A stretch of 64,000 nucleotides of DNA from Pyrinomonadales bacterium. Its GTDB lineage: Bacteria; Acidobacteriota; Blastocatellia; Pyrinomonadales; Pyrinomonadaceae. Made by a program: the position numbers and the translations under genes. Positions 19,599 through 27,409 of the stretch are shown here, piece by piece. The notes beneath the pieces are model-generated. The model worked only from the letters and a program-made list of their open reading frames with translations. It was not told where the DNA came from and did not search any database. The number at the start of each line of letters is the position of its first letter. The first letter of the stretch is position 1. The DNA is taken from NCBI GenBank assembly GCA_038322995.1, contig JBBQGM010000007.1, positions 9,391-73,390 on the forward strand, read 5' to 3'.

Positions 19599-19886
19599 AT
19601 GCGCTCGCCCATAGTGCTTATTACGCTCGCATTGCTCGGCGCGTTATTGCTGGCCGGACTGGCATTGGTGCTGGCGCTATCGCGGCACAAGAAGGGCGCG
19701 GGGCGCAAGCTTGATCTGACGGGTCGAACGGGGTCGGTCGTAGCCGCGTTGCGTCCTGAAGGCGCGGTGCTGGTGGACGGTGAGTTGTGGCGGGCGCGTG
19801 TGCGCGCAGGCGGCGAGATCGCGCACGGGCGCGTGCGCATCGTCGGGGCGCATGGGGTTGTGTTGGAAGTCGAAGCGGAGCGTTGA
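19599..19886 (+). CDS. NfeD-like membrane protein (C-terminal OB-fold)
   Basis: Start taken at ATG 19599 (MRSPIVLITLALLGALLLAGLALVLAL). The C-terminus GRTGSVVAALRPEGAVLVDGELWRAR...RIVGAHGVVLEVE matches the NfeD pattern. Confidence 0.55.
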   Translation: MRSPIVLITLALLGALLLAGLALVLALSRHKKGAGRKLDLTGRTGSVVAALRPEGAVLVDGELWRARVRAGGEIAHGRVRIVGAHGVVLEVEAER

Positions 19887-19914
19887 GCGCGGTACCAGGC
19901 GGTCTTCATTATTC

Positions 19915-20019
19915 TTAGGACTTACGCAGTAGAATAAGGCTTTATTGAAAACAAAGGGCTTATCGGAGCGGCGACTTTCCGTAAGTCGTTGATTCTTCGT
20001 TCAACTGCGTAAGTCCTAA
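19915..20019. repeat. perfect 16-bp inverted repeat (TTAGGACTTACGCAGT / ACTGCGTAAGTCCTAA) enclosing a 73-nt AT-rich spacer
   Basis: Arms at 19915-19930 and 20004-20019. The spacer holds a further CGACTT..CGTAAGTCG hairpin (about 19972-19988) that reuses the same GACTTACG core. Confidence 0.6.
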
Positions 20020-20276
20020 TTCTGTTATGCCCACCTTGGCGCAGGACGAAACGGCGGGTGCGCGCCACCACTCGGCGCTCGCAGAGTTTCAGCGCGACGA
20101 GCGGCGGTCATCCTGTTAACCATGCTGCTCATCGCGGCGGCGTTCTTCGCATTCGGCATCATGGTCGGACGCTGGACTGTCGCGGCCGATCACGCACTCT
20201 CGCCCGGCGCGCAAACTGTTGCCTAAGCCGGCCCGGCCAAGTGAATCAGGCTTCATATCCAGAAAACATTTTTCTG

Positions 20277-20292
20277 TGGCACGCAGAGTGCT
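20277..20292 (+). promoter_or_regulatory. sigma-54 (-24/-12) promoter-like element
   Basis: TGGCACGCAGAGTGCT versus consensus TGGCACG-N4-TTGCW. The GG and GC dinucleotides have the correct 12-nt register. One mismatch (G for T at the first T of TTGC). Confidence 0.35.
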
Positions 20293-20416
20293 TTAAGTGT
20301 CATCGGCAAGCACGGAGGAAGTTAAACCGTGACCCCGCCGCCATCACTTCTCTGAGCGTGGCCTGCCGCTACGCCAGCCGCCCGCCGAGCGACCCTACTT
20401 TAATCACATCTTACAG

Positions 20417-20451
20417 GAACCCGGTTAGGTAACCGGGTTCTCCCGCTTTTT
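20417..20451 (+). terminator. hairpin plus T-tract, candidate intrinsic terminator
   Basis: GAACCCGGTT-AGGT-AACCGGGTTC (10-bp perfect stem) followed by TCCCGCTTTTT. The T-run is separated from the stem by 6 nt, so it is atypical. Confidence 0.4.
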
Positions 20452-20719
20452 GTGGCACTTATATTCCCTATCCTTACTGCATCGACACACTTATCTATTT
20501 GTCATTCTCTTTTCGCCCTGAGTGAAATCGCGTGGCCTGACTAACTATTAACGGCCCGAGTGACAATTATTGTCGTGCAGCAGGTGACAATTTTCCGCGC
20601 TTTCACTCTAAATCGTCTATGGCGCTACGCAATTTGTTGCTTGCTCACCGCGCCGCAAAATAAATTTTCCTGCTGCAAATGGCCGCATGGCGGCGCGTAT
20701 AACCATAGCGCGCTGACGC

Positions 20720-22450
20720 ATGCACGCGCCCTCTGTTAAACTTTGGCCCGTGCCGGATGCAGTGCTACTCGATACGCCGAACAAGCCCAAGCGTTGGCGG
20801 CTGCGTGCGCTCACGCGCTCTGCCGTGCCAACGCGCGCGGGGCTCGCGTCCGCCGTGTTGGCTGCGCTGCTGCTCGTCCTCGCCTTTCCAGACTTCAACC
20901 TGTGGCCGCTCGCATGGCTCGGCCTCGTCCCGTTGCTCGTGACCATTGCGCGCCGCCCACATGCGCGGCAGAGTTTTCTGCTCGGCTGGACAACCGGCAC
21001 GCTTTTCTTCTACGGCTCGTGTTGGTGGCTTACCCACTCGCTAATCCACTATGGCGGCATCCCCACCGCGCTTGCCTTTCCCTTACTCTTGCCCGGCGCG
21101 CTGATCCTCGGTCTGTTCCCCGCGCTATTCGCCACCGCACTTGCGCGCCTGTGCGCGCGTTGGGGCGCACGCGCACTCTTCAGCGCGCCCGCACTGTGGG
21201 TCGCACTCGAATGGGCGCGACTCGGCGCAACCGGTCAACTTTGGAACGCTATTGGTTACGCGCAAGCCTATCACCCTGCCCTCATTCAGACCGCGCGTTG
21301 GGGCGGCGTCTATGCCGTCGGCTTTCTACTTGTGACGGCGAACGCCGCGCTCGCCTACGTGCTTGTATGCCGGAGCGCGCGGGCCGTGTTGACCGCGCTG
21401 CTTGTCTGTTTCTTCGGCGCGCTCATCATTGCCTGCGCATACTTCACCACGCCGCCGAGTCCCCACGGAGACACAGTTGAGCCGAGCGCGTTGGTTGTAG
21501 CCGTCCAACCGAATGTCGCGGTGAACTTCGACCGCACGCCGGAGGAAACCGCTACGCTCATCGCACGGCATCTTTCATTAAGCGCCGCTGCTTTAGCTGA
21601 ACGCGACGAGCGGTGGCAGCGCGCGTTCGCTACCAGACAAGCCGCAGGGCAAGACCCGACCGGCATCCGCGCGGCGCAGGCTTTGCCGCGCCTCGTCGTC
21701 TGGCCCGAGTCGCCGATGAATTTTAGTTACGCGCGTGATGAAGACTTCCGCGCGCTCGTCAGCGACTTCGCGCAAACGCATCGGACGGCCGTACTGTTCA
21801 ATTCACTGGAGCCAGCACCGGCCGGCGGCGCGTACAATTCGGCGGTGCTGGTGAATGAAGAAGGTCGGCTCGTGGCGCAGTATGATAAGATTCGCCTGTT
21901 GCCATTTGGTGAGTATGTGCCGTTGCCGCGCTGGTTTCCGGGCGCGTGGCTCTTGAGCGGCGTGGTGGGCGATTTCACGCCGGGCACGAAGTACCCGTTA
22001 ATCCCTATGGGCACAGCGCGGGCCGGCGTGTTCATCTGTTTCGAGTCGGCGTTTCCCGCCATCGCACGCACGTTTGCGCACGATGGCGCGGACGTGCTGA
22101 TCAACATCTCGAACGATGGCTACCTGGGGCGCACGCCGGTTTTGCGCCAGCATTTGGCAAACGCCGTCTTCCGCGCTGTTGAAAATCACCGCCCCGTCCT
22201 GCGCGTGACGAACACAGGCATCAGCGCCGCCATCGCGCCCGATGGCGAAGTGTTCGACGCGACGAACAGTTTCGAGCCGGCCGTACGCACTTGGACGGCG
22301 ACACGCGCCCCTGACGGTCAGACTTTTTACACGCGACACGGTGATCTATTTGTTGCGTGGTGTGCCGCCTTTAGCATTTTGATATTTGTTCGTTGTCAGT
22401 GGTCGATTGTCCGTCGCTCAATGTCCCGGAGCCACACGGCAGGTGATTGA
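20720..22450 (+). CDS. lnt: apolipoprotein N-acyltransferase
   Basis: 576 aa with multiple N-terminal TM helices, then a CN-hydrolase domain (RLVVWPESPMNF, AGVFICFESAFP, NISNDGY). The exact start is uncertain. Confidence 0.85.
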   Translation: MHAPSVKLWPVPDAVLLDTPNKPKRWRLRALTRSAVPTRAGLASAVLAALLLVLAFPDFNLWPLAWLGLVPLLVTIARRPHARQSFLLGWTTGTLFFYGSCWWLTHSLIHYGGIPTALAFPLLLPGALILGLFPALFATALARLCARWGARALFSAPALWVALEWARLGATGQLWNAIGYAQAYHPALIQTARWGGVYAVGFLLVTANAALAYVLVCRSARAVLTALLVCFFGALIIACAYFTTPPSPHGDTVEPSALVVAVQPNVAVNFDRTPEETATLIARHLSLSAAALAERDERWQRAFATRQAAGQDPTGIRAAQALPRLVVWPESPMNFSYARDEDFRALVSDFAQTHRTAVLFNSLEPAPAGGAYNSAVLVNEEGRLVAQYDKIRLLPFGEYVPLPRWFPGAWLLSGVVGDFTPGTKYPLIPMGTARAGVFICFESAFPAIARTFAHDGADVLINISNDGYLGRTPVLRQHLANAVFRAVENHRPVLRVTNTGISAAIAPDGEVFDATNSFEPAVRTWTATRAPDGQTFYTRHGDLFVAWCAAFSILIFVRCQWSIVRRSMSRSHTAGD

Positions 22451-22498
22451 ATTGAACATAACAACGGACAATCGACTGCGGACACGTTTGGAGGCTAC

Positions 22499-23609
22499 AT
22501 GATCGAGACTTTATCAGCCCAAGAGTTGCGCGCAAGCTATGACGACTTGCGCACGCGCGTCGAGCAACTCGGGAGGTTTCTTTGATGTTGCGGCGCAGCA
22601 AGCAGAGTTAGCGCGGATTGAAGCGCAGGCGTCCGCGCCCGACTTCTGGCAAGATCAAGAGGCGGCGCAACAACTATTGCAGCAACGCAGCCGCGTGGAG
22701 AAAGTGGTCAATCGCCAGCAGCAGTTCGAGGCCGGAGTGGCGGACGCGGGCGTGCTCTTTGAATTCGCGGAAGAGGACGAAGATAGTCTGCCCGAGTTAC
22801 GCGCGCTGCTCGCACGGCTCGACGCAGAGATCGCCGAAGCTGAAACGGAGGTGTTGCTCTCCGGCGACAACGATGCGCTGCCCGCCATCTGCACGATTCA
22901 TCCCGGCGCGGGCGGCACGGAATCGCAGGACTGGGCCGAGATGCTGTTGCGTCTCTATCTGAAATGGGCCGAACGGCGCGGCTTCAAAACCGAGGTGCTT
23001 GATTATCAACCGGGCGAAGAGGCGGGCTTGAAGAGCGTCACGTTTCGCGTCGAGGGCGAATACGCTTACGGTCTCTTGACGGCCGAAGCGGGCGTGCATC
23101 GGCTCGTGCGCATCTCGCCGTTCGATCAAGCGGCCCGCAGGCATACGTCGTTCGCTTCGCTCTTCGTCTATCCAGAGATCGACGAGAACATCGAAGTCGA
23201 GATCAACGATAAGGATTTGCGTGTGGACACTTATCGCGCGACCGGCGCGGGCGGGCAGCACATCAACACGACCGACTCGGCCGTGCGCATCACACATCTG
23301 CCCACGAACATCGTCGTCCAATGTCAGAATCAACGCTCGCAACATCAGAACCGCGCCGTCGCCATGCAAGTCTTGCGCGCCCGGCTCTACGAACTCGAAT
23401 TGGCAAAGCGTCGGGCCGAAACGAACGCGCTCGCAGCCAACAAGGCCGACAATTCGTTCGGCTCGCAGATCAGAAACTACGTGCTCGCGCCCTACCGGCT
23501 CGTCAAGGACGCGCGCACCAAACTTGAGCGCGGCGACGTGGACGCGGTGCTGGCCGGCGATATTGACGACTTTATCAAGGCTTACCTGCTCGCGCGGCGC
23601 GCGGCTTAA
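22499..23609 (+). CDS. prfB: peptide chain release factor 2, programmed +1 frameshift at CTT TGA T (22580-22586)
   Basis: Frame 0: ATG 22499 (GGAGG upstream) gives MIETLSAQELRASYDDLRTRVEQLGRFL, then TGA 22583. Frame +1 continues DVAAQQAELARIEAQASAPDFWQD... through SPFD and the GGQ motif (ATGAGGQHINTTDSAVRITHLPT). An internal SD-like GGGAGG lies 3 nt upstream of CTT. Confidence 0.92.
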
Positions 23610-23654
23610 CGGGTGGACAAGCTGATTCACCGCCCTGACTGAAAGACAGCTTTT

Positions 23655-26327
23655 ATGGCCACTACGCAGGTAGATACGCGGACGAAGTTGCTCGTGCCGC
23701 GCAACACGCGGCTCAACGAGATCGTTGCCATCACACTCTTCGCGCTCGGCGCACTGCTGGCGCTGTGCCTCGTCTTTTTCAACCCGAACGACAATTCGTT
23801 GAACTCGGTTGGCGCAAACGCGACGCGCAATCTCGTCGGGCCGGTGGGCGCTTATGTCGCGGACGCGCTGTTGCAAACGTTCGGCCTCGCCGCGTACCTG
23901 CTGCCATTACTTCTGTTCGCGCTGGCATGGCGACGATTTCGCACCCGCCGTTTGCATGCGCCGCTGCAACGCATCGTCGGTCTGGTCACCATTCTGCTCG
24001 CCGCCGCTGCGCTGCTTGCGCTGTTCAGGCCCCCGCTACTCTTCGACGGGCGTGTGCGCGCGGGCGGCATGACGGGCACACTGATCGCGGTTACGCTCGT
24101 GGGCGCACTGAACACGGTCGGCGCGGCCATCTTGCTGAGCGCCCTCGCGGCGACCGGCTTGCTGTTGGCAACGAACTTCTCGTTCGCCCGCGCATATGAA
24201 CGCATGGCCGGCTCGTTTGATGAACGGTTCGCTTTCTTCCGCACTGTGCCTGAGCGTTTCCATGCATGGCGCGCACAACGTAGCGCGCTCGCGGAACCGC
24301 GGGCGGAGCAACGCCGCACGGCCGAGGCCGAACGCGAAGCGAGCCGCGCGGCCGTTAAGCCCGAAGGCGAACGCTCACTCGCCGGTCAAGTCGAAGACTT
24401 CATGCGCGCGACCGCGCCGGCGCAGGCCGCGCCAGCCTCGTCGGCCATCCGCCGCGCGGCGACTGTTGCTGCCGAAGCCGCGCCGCAACCAGTCGTGCGT
24501 CCCGACGAAGCGGCCGTCGCTCCGGCCGCGCCGCCGTTGCCATCACCAACAACCGTTGAATTAACAGAGTCGCAACAGCAAGAGCGCGCGCTTGAGCGCA
24601 TCGTGACCCAGGGCACCGCGCCAGCAGCGGACGACGCAGCCACAAATAGCACGGCGGCCCGCCCCCCGCGCCGCACAATTGCGGACACAAAGACGGACGG
24701 TGACCTGGCCGATCAGACAGCGGCAGCAGAGATCGAACAGATGGTGGCCACGGCGGCAGTCGTGCGCACGGAGATCGTGGACGGTAACACGCACGCCGGG
24801 CGCACCGACAAGGCCACGCGGGCCGCTTTGCGCGCCGAGCAACACGCGGCGGCGATGAGCAGCTATCAATTACCACCCGTCGAGTTTTTGAACGCCGCGC
24901 CGCCGCGCCACGAACAGGCCGACGAAGAGTTGCGCAGTCTGGCCACGCGCGTCGCCGAGAAGTGCAAGGAGTTCAACGTGACCGGCAAGATCGAATACAT
25001 CTGCCCCGGCCCCGTCGTGACGACCTACGAATTCAAGCCCGATCCAGGCGTGAAGTATGCGCGCGTCACAGGTCTCGTGGATGATCTCTGTCTCGCGCTC
25101 AAAGCCGAATCGATCCGCATCGACCGCGTGCCCGGCAAGGCGCACGTCGGCATCGAAGTGCCGAACCAACAACGCGACAACATCATGCTGCGCGAAGTCG
25201 TCGAGTCGCGCCACTTTCAGGAGTCACCCTCGAAGCTCACGCTCGCATTGGGGAAGACGATTGACGGCTTAAACTACGTTGCCGATCTGGCGCGCATGCC
25301 GCATCTCTTGATCGCGGGCGCGACCGGCACGGGCAAGTCGGTCTGTCTCAACTCACTCGTCGTCTCGATCATCTACAAAGCGCGGCCCGACGAAGTGAAG
25401 TTCATCATGATCGACCCGAAGCGTTTGGAGTTAGGTCTCTACGCCGACATCCCGCATCTGGCCACGCCAATCATCACGGAACCGAAGCGCGCCTCTTACG
25501 CTTTGAAGTGGGCCGTGGGGGAGATGGAGCGGCGCTATAAACAACTCGCGCAGTGGGGCGTGCGCAACATCGACGGCTACAATCAGGAAGGCGCGCGGCG
25601 CAATCTGGTCGAAGACTTTGACGACGCGGGCCAGCCGTGGCCGACGCTGCCTTACCTCGTCATCATCATTGACGAGTTGGCCGATCTGATGATGGTCTCG
25701 GGCCACGAAGTCGAAGAAGCGATCACGCGCCTCGCGCAGATGGCCCGCGCCGTCGGCATCCATCTCGTGCTGGCGACGCAACGCCCGTCCGTCGATGTCA
25801 TCACGGGTCTGATCAAAGCGAATTTCCCTTCGCGCATCGCCTTCCGCGTTTCATCCAAAGTTGACTCGCGCACGATCATTGACGCGAACGGCGCGGAGCA
25901 ACTATTGGGGCGCGGCGACATGTTATTTTTGCCGCCCGGCACGTCGCGGCTCGTGCGCGTGCATGGCGCGTATCTGGATGAGGCGGAGATCGGGCGCATC
26001 GTCAAGCACGTCAAAGAGCAAGGGCAGCCGCTCTACGACGAGACCATCACGTTGTCGGAAGAGGAAGCGACGGGCACGGAGGGCGGCGGCGAACACGACG
26101 AGTTGTTTGATCAAGCGTTGCGCATCTGCGTCGAAATGAAGCGCGCCTCAACTTCCGTGATGCAACGCCGGCTGCGCATCGGCTATGGCCGGGCTGCGGC
26201 GATCCTCGACGCGATGGAGCGCGAAGGCTTCATCGGCCCCGCTGACGGCGCACGGCCACGGCAAATCTTGGGGCGCGCTTACGAATCCGTCGCGCACTGG
26301 GAAGAACAGGAACGGAACGCAGGCTGA
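23655..26327 (+). CDS. ftsK: DNA translocase FtsK/SpoIIIE
   Basis: 890 aa. N-terminal TM helices, a Pro/Ala-rich linker, motor domain Walker A GATGTGKS and Walker B IIIDELADLM, and a C-terminal gamma winged helix (SVMQRRLRIGYGRAAAILDAME). Confidence 0.92.
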   Translation: MATTQVDTRTKLLVPRNTRLNEIVAITLFALGALLALCLVFFNPNDNSLNSVGANATRNLVGPVGAYVADALLQTFGLAAYLLPLLLFALAWRRFRTRRLHAPLQRIVGLVTILLAAAALLALFRPPLLFDGRVRAGGMTGTLIAVTLVGALNTVGAAILLSALAATGLLLATNFSFARAYERMAGSFDERFAFFRTVPERFHAWRAQRSALAEPRAEQRRTAEAEREASRAAVKPEGERSLAGQVEDFMRATAPAQAAPASSAIRRAATVAAEAAPQPVVRPDEAAVAPAAPPLPSPTTVELTESQQQERALERIVTQGTAPAADDAATNSTAARPPRRTIADTKTDGDLADQTAAAEIEQMVATAAVVRTEIVDGNTHAGRTDKATRAALRAEQHAAAMSSYQLPPVEFLNAAPPRHEQADEELRSLATRVAEKCKEFNVTGKIEYICPGPVVTTYEFKPDPGVKYARVTGLVDDLCLALKAESIRIDRVPGKAHVGIEVPNQQRDNIMLREVVESRHFQESPSKLTLALGKTIDGLNYVADLARMPHLLIAGATGTGKSVCLNSLVVSIIYKARPDEVKFIMIDPKRLELGLYADIPHLATPIITEPKRASYALKWAVGEMERRYKQLAQWGVRNIDGYNQEGARRNLVEDFDDAGQPWPTLPYLVIIIDELADLMMVSGHEVEEAITRLAQMARAVGIHLVLATQRPSVDVITGLIKANFPSRIAFRVSSKVDSRTIIDANGAEQLLGRGDMLFLPPGTSRLVRVHGAYLDEAEIGRIVKHVKEQGQPLYDETITLSEEEATGTEGGGEHDELFDQALRICVEMKRASTSVMQRRLRIGYGRAAAILDAMEREGFIGPADGARPRQILGRAYESVAHWEEQERNAG

Positions 26328-26440
26328 AGAGTTTTGCCTGTTGTTTGTGGCCAGCAGCCTGTTGCATTGATAGGGCTAACAACCTTGCTAAGCAGGCACA
26401 ACGGATGCCGGCCAACTGATCGTCGCCGGGTTTGAAATAC

Positions 26441-26475
26441 TTTTCCACAGGTTCTGTGGAAAAGCCTGTGGAAAA
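26441..26475. promoter_or_regulatory. three DnaA-box-like 9-mers (TTTTCCACA / TGTGGAAAA x2), the first two forming an 11-bp palindrome
   Basis: TTTTCCACA at 26441-26449; TGTGGAAAA at 26455-26463 and 26467-26475. CTTTTCCACAG-GTT-CTGTGGAAAAG is a perfect inverted repeat. Each 9-mer differs at one position from the E. coli DnaA box TTATCCACA. Confidence 0.3.
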
Positions 26476-26544
26476 CTGGCCTTTTGGCGTTACAAGTTTC
26501 TGACAAATTTAGACTTCTAGCATTTTGCACACGCACGCGGCAAA

Positions 26545-26934
26545 ATGTGGCCGACCTTTTTTCAGCAATGTTTTAGCGGCAATGCAAAGCCTGCGCAACG
26601 GCGCGCGGGCGGTTGGCTGCGTGTCGCATTCTGCCATACCCTCATCGGCGTAAGCGTCTCATGCGTCAAGTTGCCCCGCCACGCACAAGCGCCAACAGCT
26701 GCGTTAACATCGATTGGGCAAGCCAAGCCGACGGTCGCGCCGCGCATCGACATCAACACAGCGTCGCGCCACGAGTTTGAACAACTACCAGGCATCGGCC
26801 CGGGGATCGCGGCGCGCATCATCGAACACCGCGCCCGCTATGGCCCTTTCCGGCGCATCGAGCATCTGCTCATCGTGCGCGGCATCAGCGAACGACGCTT
26901 TGCCCAACTCCGCCCGCTCATCAAAACGGAATAA
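26545..26934 (+). CDS. comEA: ComEA-like helix-hairpin-helix DNA-binding protein
   Basis: C-terminal INTASRHEFEQLPGIGPGIAARIIEHRARYGPFRRIEHLLIVRGISERRF is the ComEA HhH module. The N-terminal extent and start are uncertain. Confidence 0.7.
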   Translation: MWPTFFQQCFSGNAKPAQRRAGGWLRVAFCHTLIGVSVSCVKLPRHAQAPTAALTSIGQAKPTVAPRIDINTASRHEFEQLPGIGPGIAARIIEHRARYGPFRRIEHLLIVRGISERRFAQLRPLIKTE

Positions 26935-26939
26935 GTCTG

Positions 26940-27308
26940 CTATCTACCAAAGTCGTCGCTGAGACGGGTGATGTCGTCCTCGCCGAGATAGTCACCACGT
27001 TGAATTTCGATGAAGATGAGGTGATCGGGGCCGGGGTTGGCAACGCGATGGAGCGCGCCAATGCCGATGTCCACTGTTTCGCCGACGCGTACCGTGCGCT
27101 CTGCGCCGTCGAGCGTAAGGAGAGCTGTGCCCGCAACGACCATCCAATGCTCCGCGCGGCGCGCGTGCTTCTGATAGCTCAGCCGCTTGCCCGCCAGCAC
27201 CTCGATGCGCTTGACCTTATAACCTGTACCTTCATCTAGCACTGTGAACGAACCCCATGGGCGTTCATCAAAGCGCGGCGCGGTCTCAGTCGGTTGCTTC
27301 TCTGCCAA
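26940..27308 (-). CDS. cupin-domain protein (mannose-6-phosphate isomerase type II C-terminal-like)
   Basis: 122 aa. RPWGSFTVLDEG.GYKVKRIEV..GKRLSYQKH..RAEHWMVV.G matches the cupin_2 / PMI type II pattern. Confidence 0.65.
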   Translation of the reverse strand: MAEKQPTETAPRFDERPWGSFTVLDEGTGYKVKRIEVLAGKRLSYQKHARRAEHWMVVAGTALLTLDGAERTVRVGETVDIGIGALHRVANPGPDHLIFIEIQRGDYLGEDDITRLSDDFGR

Positions 27309-27409
27309 AACTTGTGCCCTCAGTTCCTTGCCCGCAAGCTGTGTCGCTTACCCTACCTTCAGCAATATAACGGGCCGGCGCGGTTCATTCAATCATGCGC
27401 GCGCCTGAA

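Noticed and set aside
20058-20432. 124-aa ORF in the long gap upstream of lnt, plus a 34-aa hydrophobic ORF at 20122-20226 (MLLIAAAFFAFGIMVGRW...)
   Set aside because: The 124-aa translation is Arg/Ser/Pro-rich with no start context and spans the promoter-like and hairpin elements, which is typical of an off-frame artefact. The 34-aa ORF is plausible as a small membrane peptide, but it is too short to support without conservation data.
20453-20468. Second TGGCAC motif (TGGCACTTATATTCCC) as another sigma-54 promoter
   Set aside because: The -12 element reads TTCC instead of TTGC and so loses the critical GC dinucleotide.
26441-26475. Calling the DnaA-box-like cluster the chromosomal origin (oriC)
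   Set aside because: There are only three boxes, no adjacent AT-rich unwinding region, and no dnaA/dnaN/gidA-type neighbours. The evidence only supports a possible regulatory or titration site.
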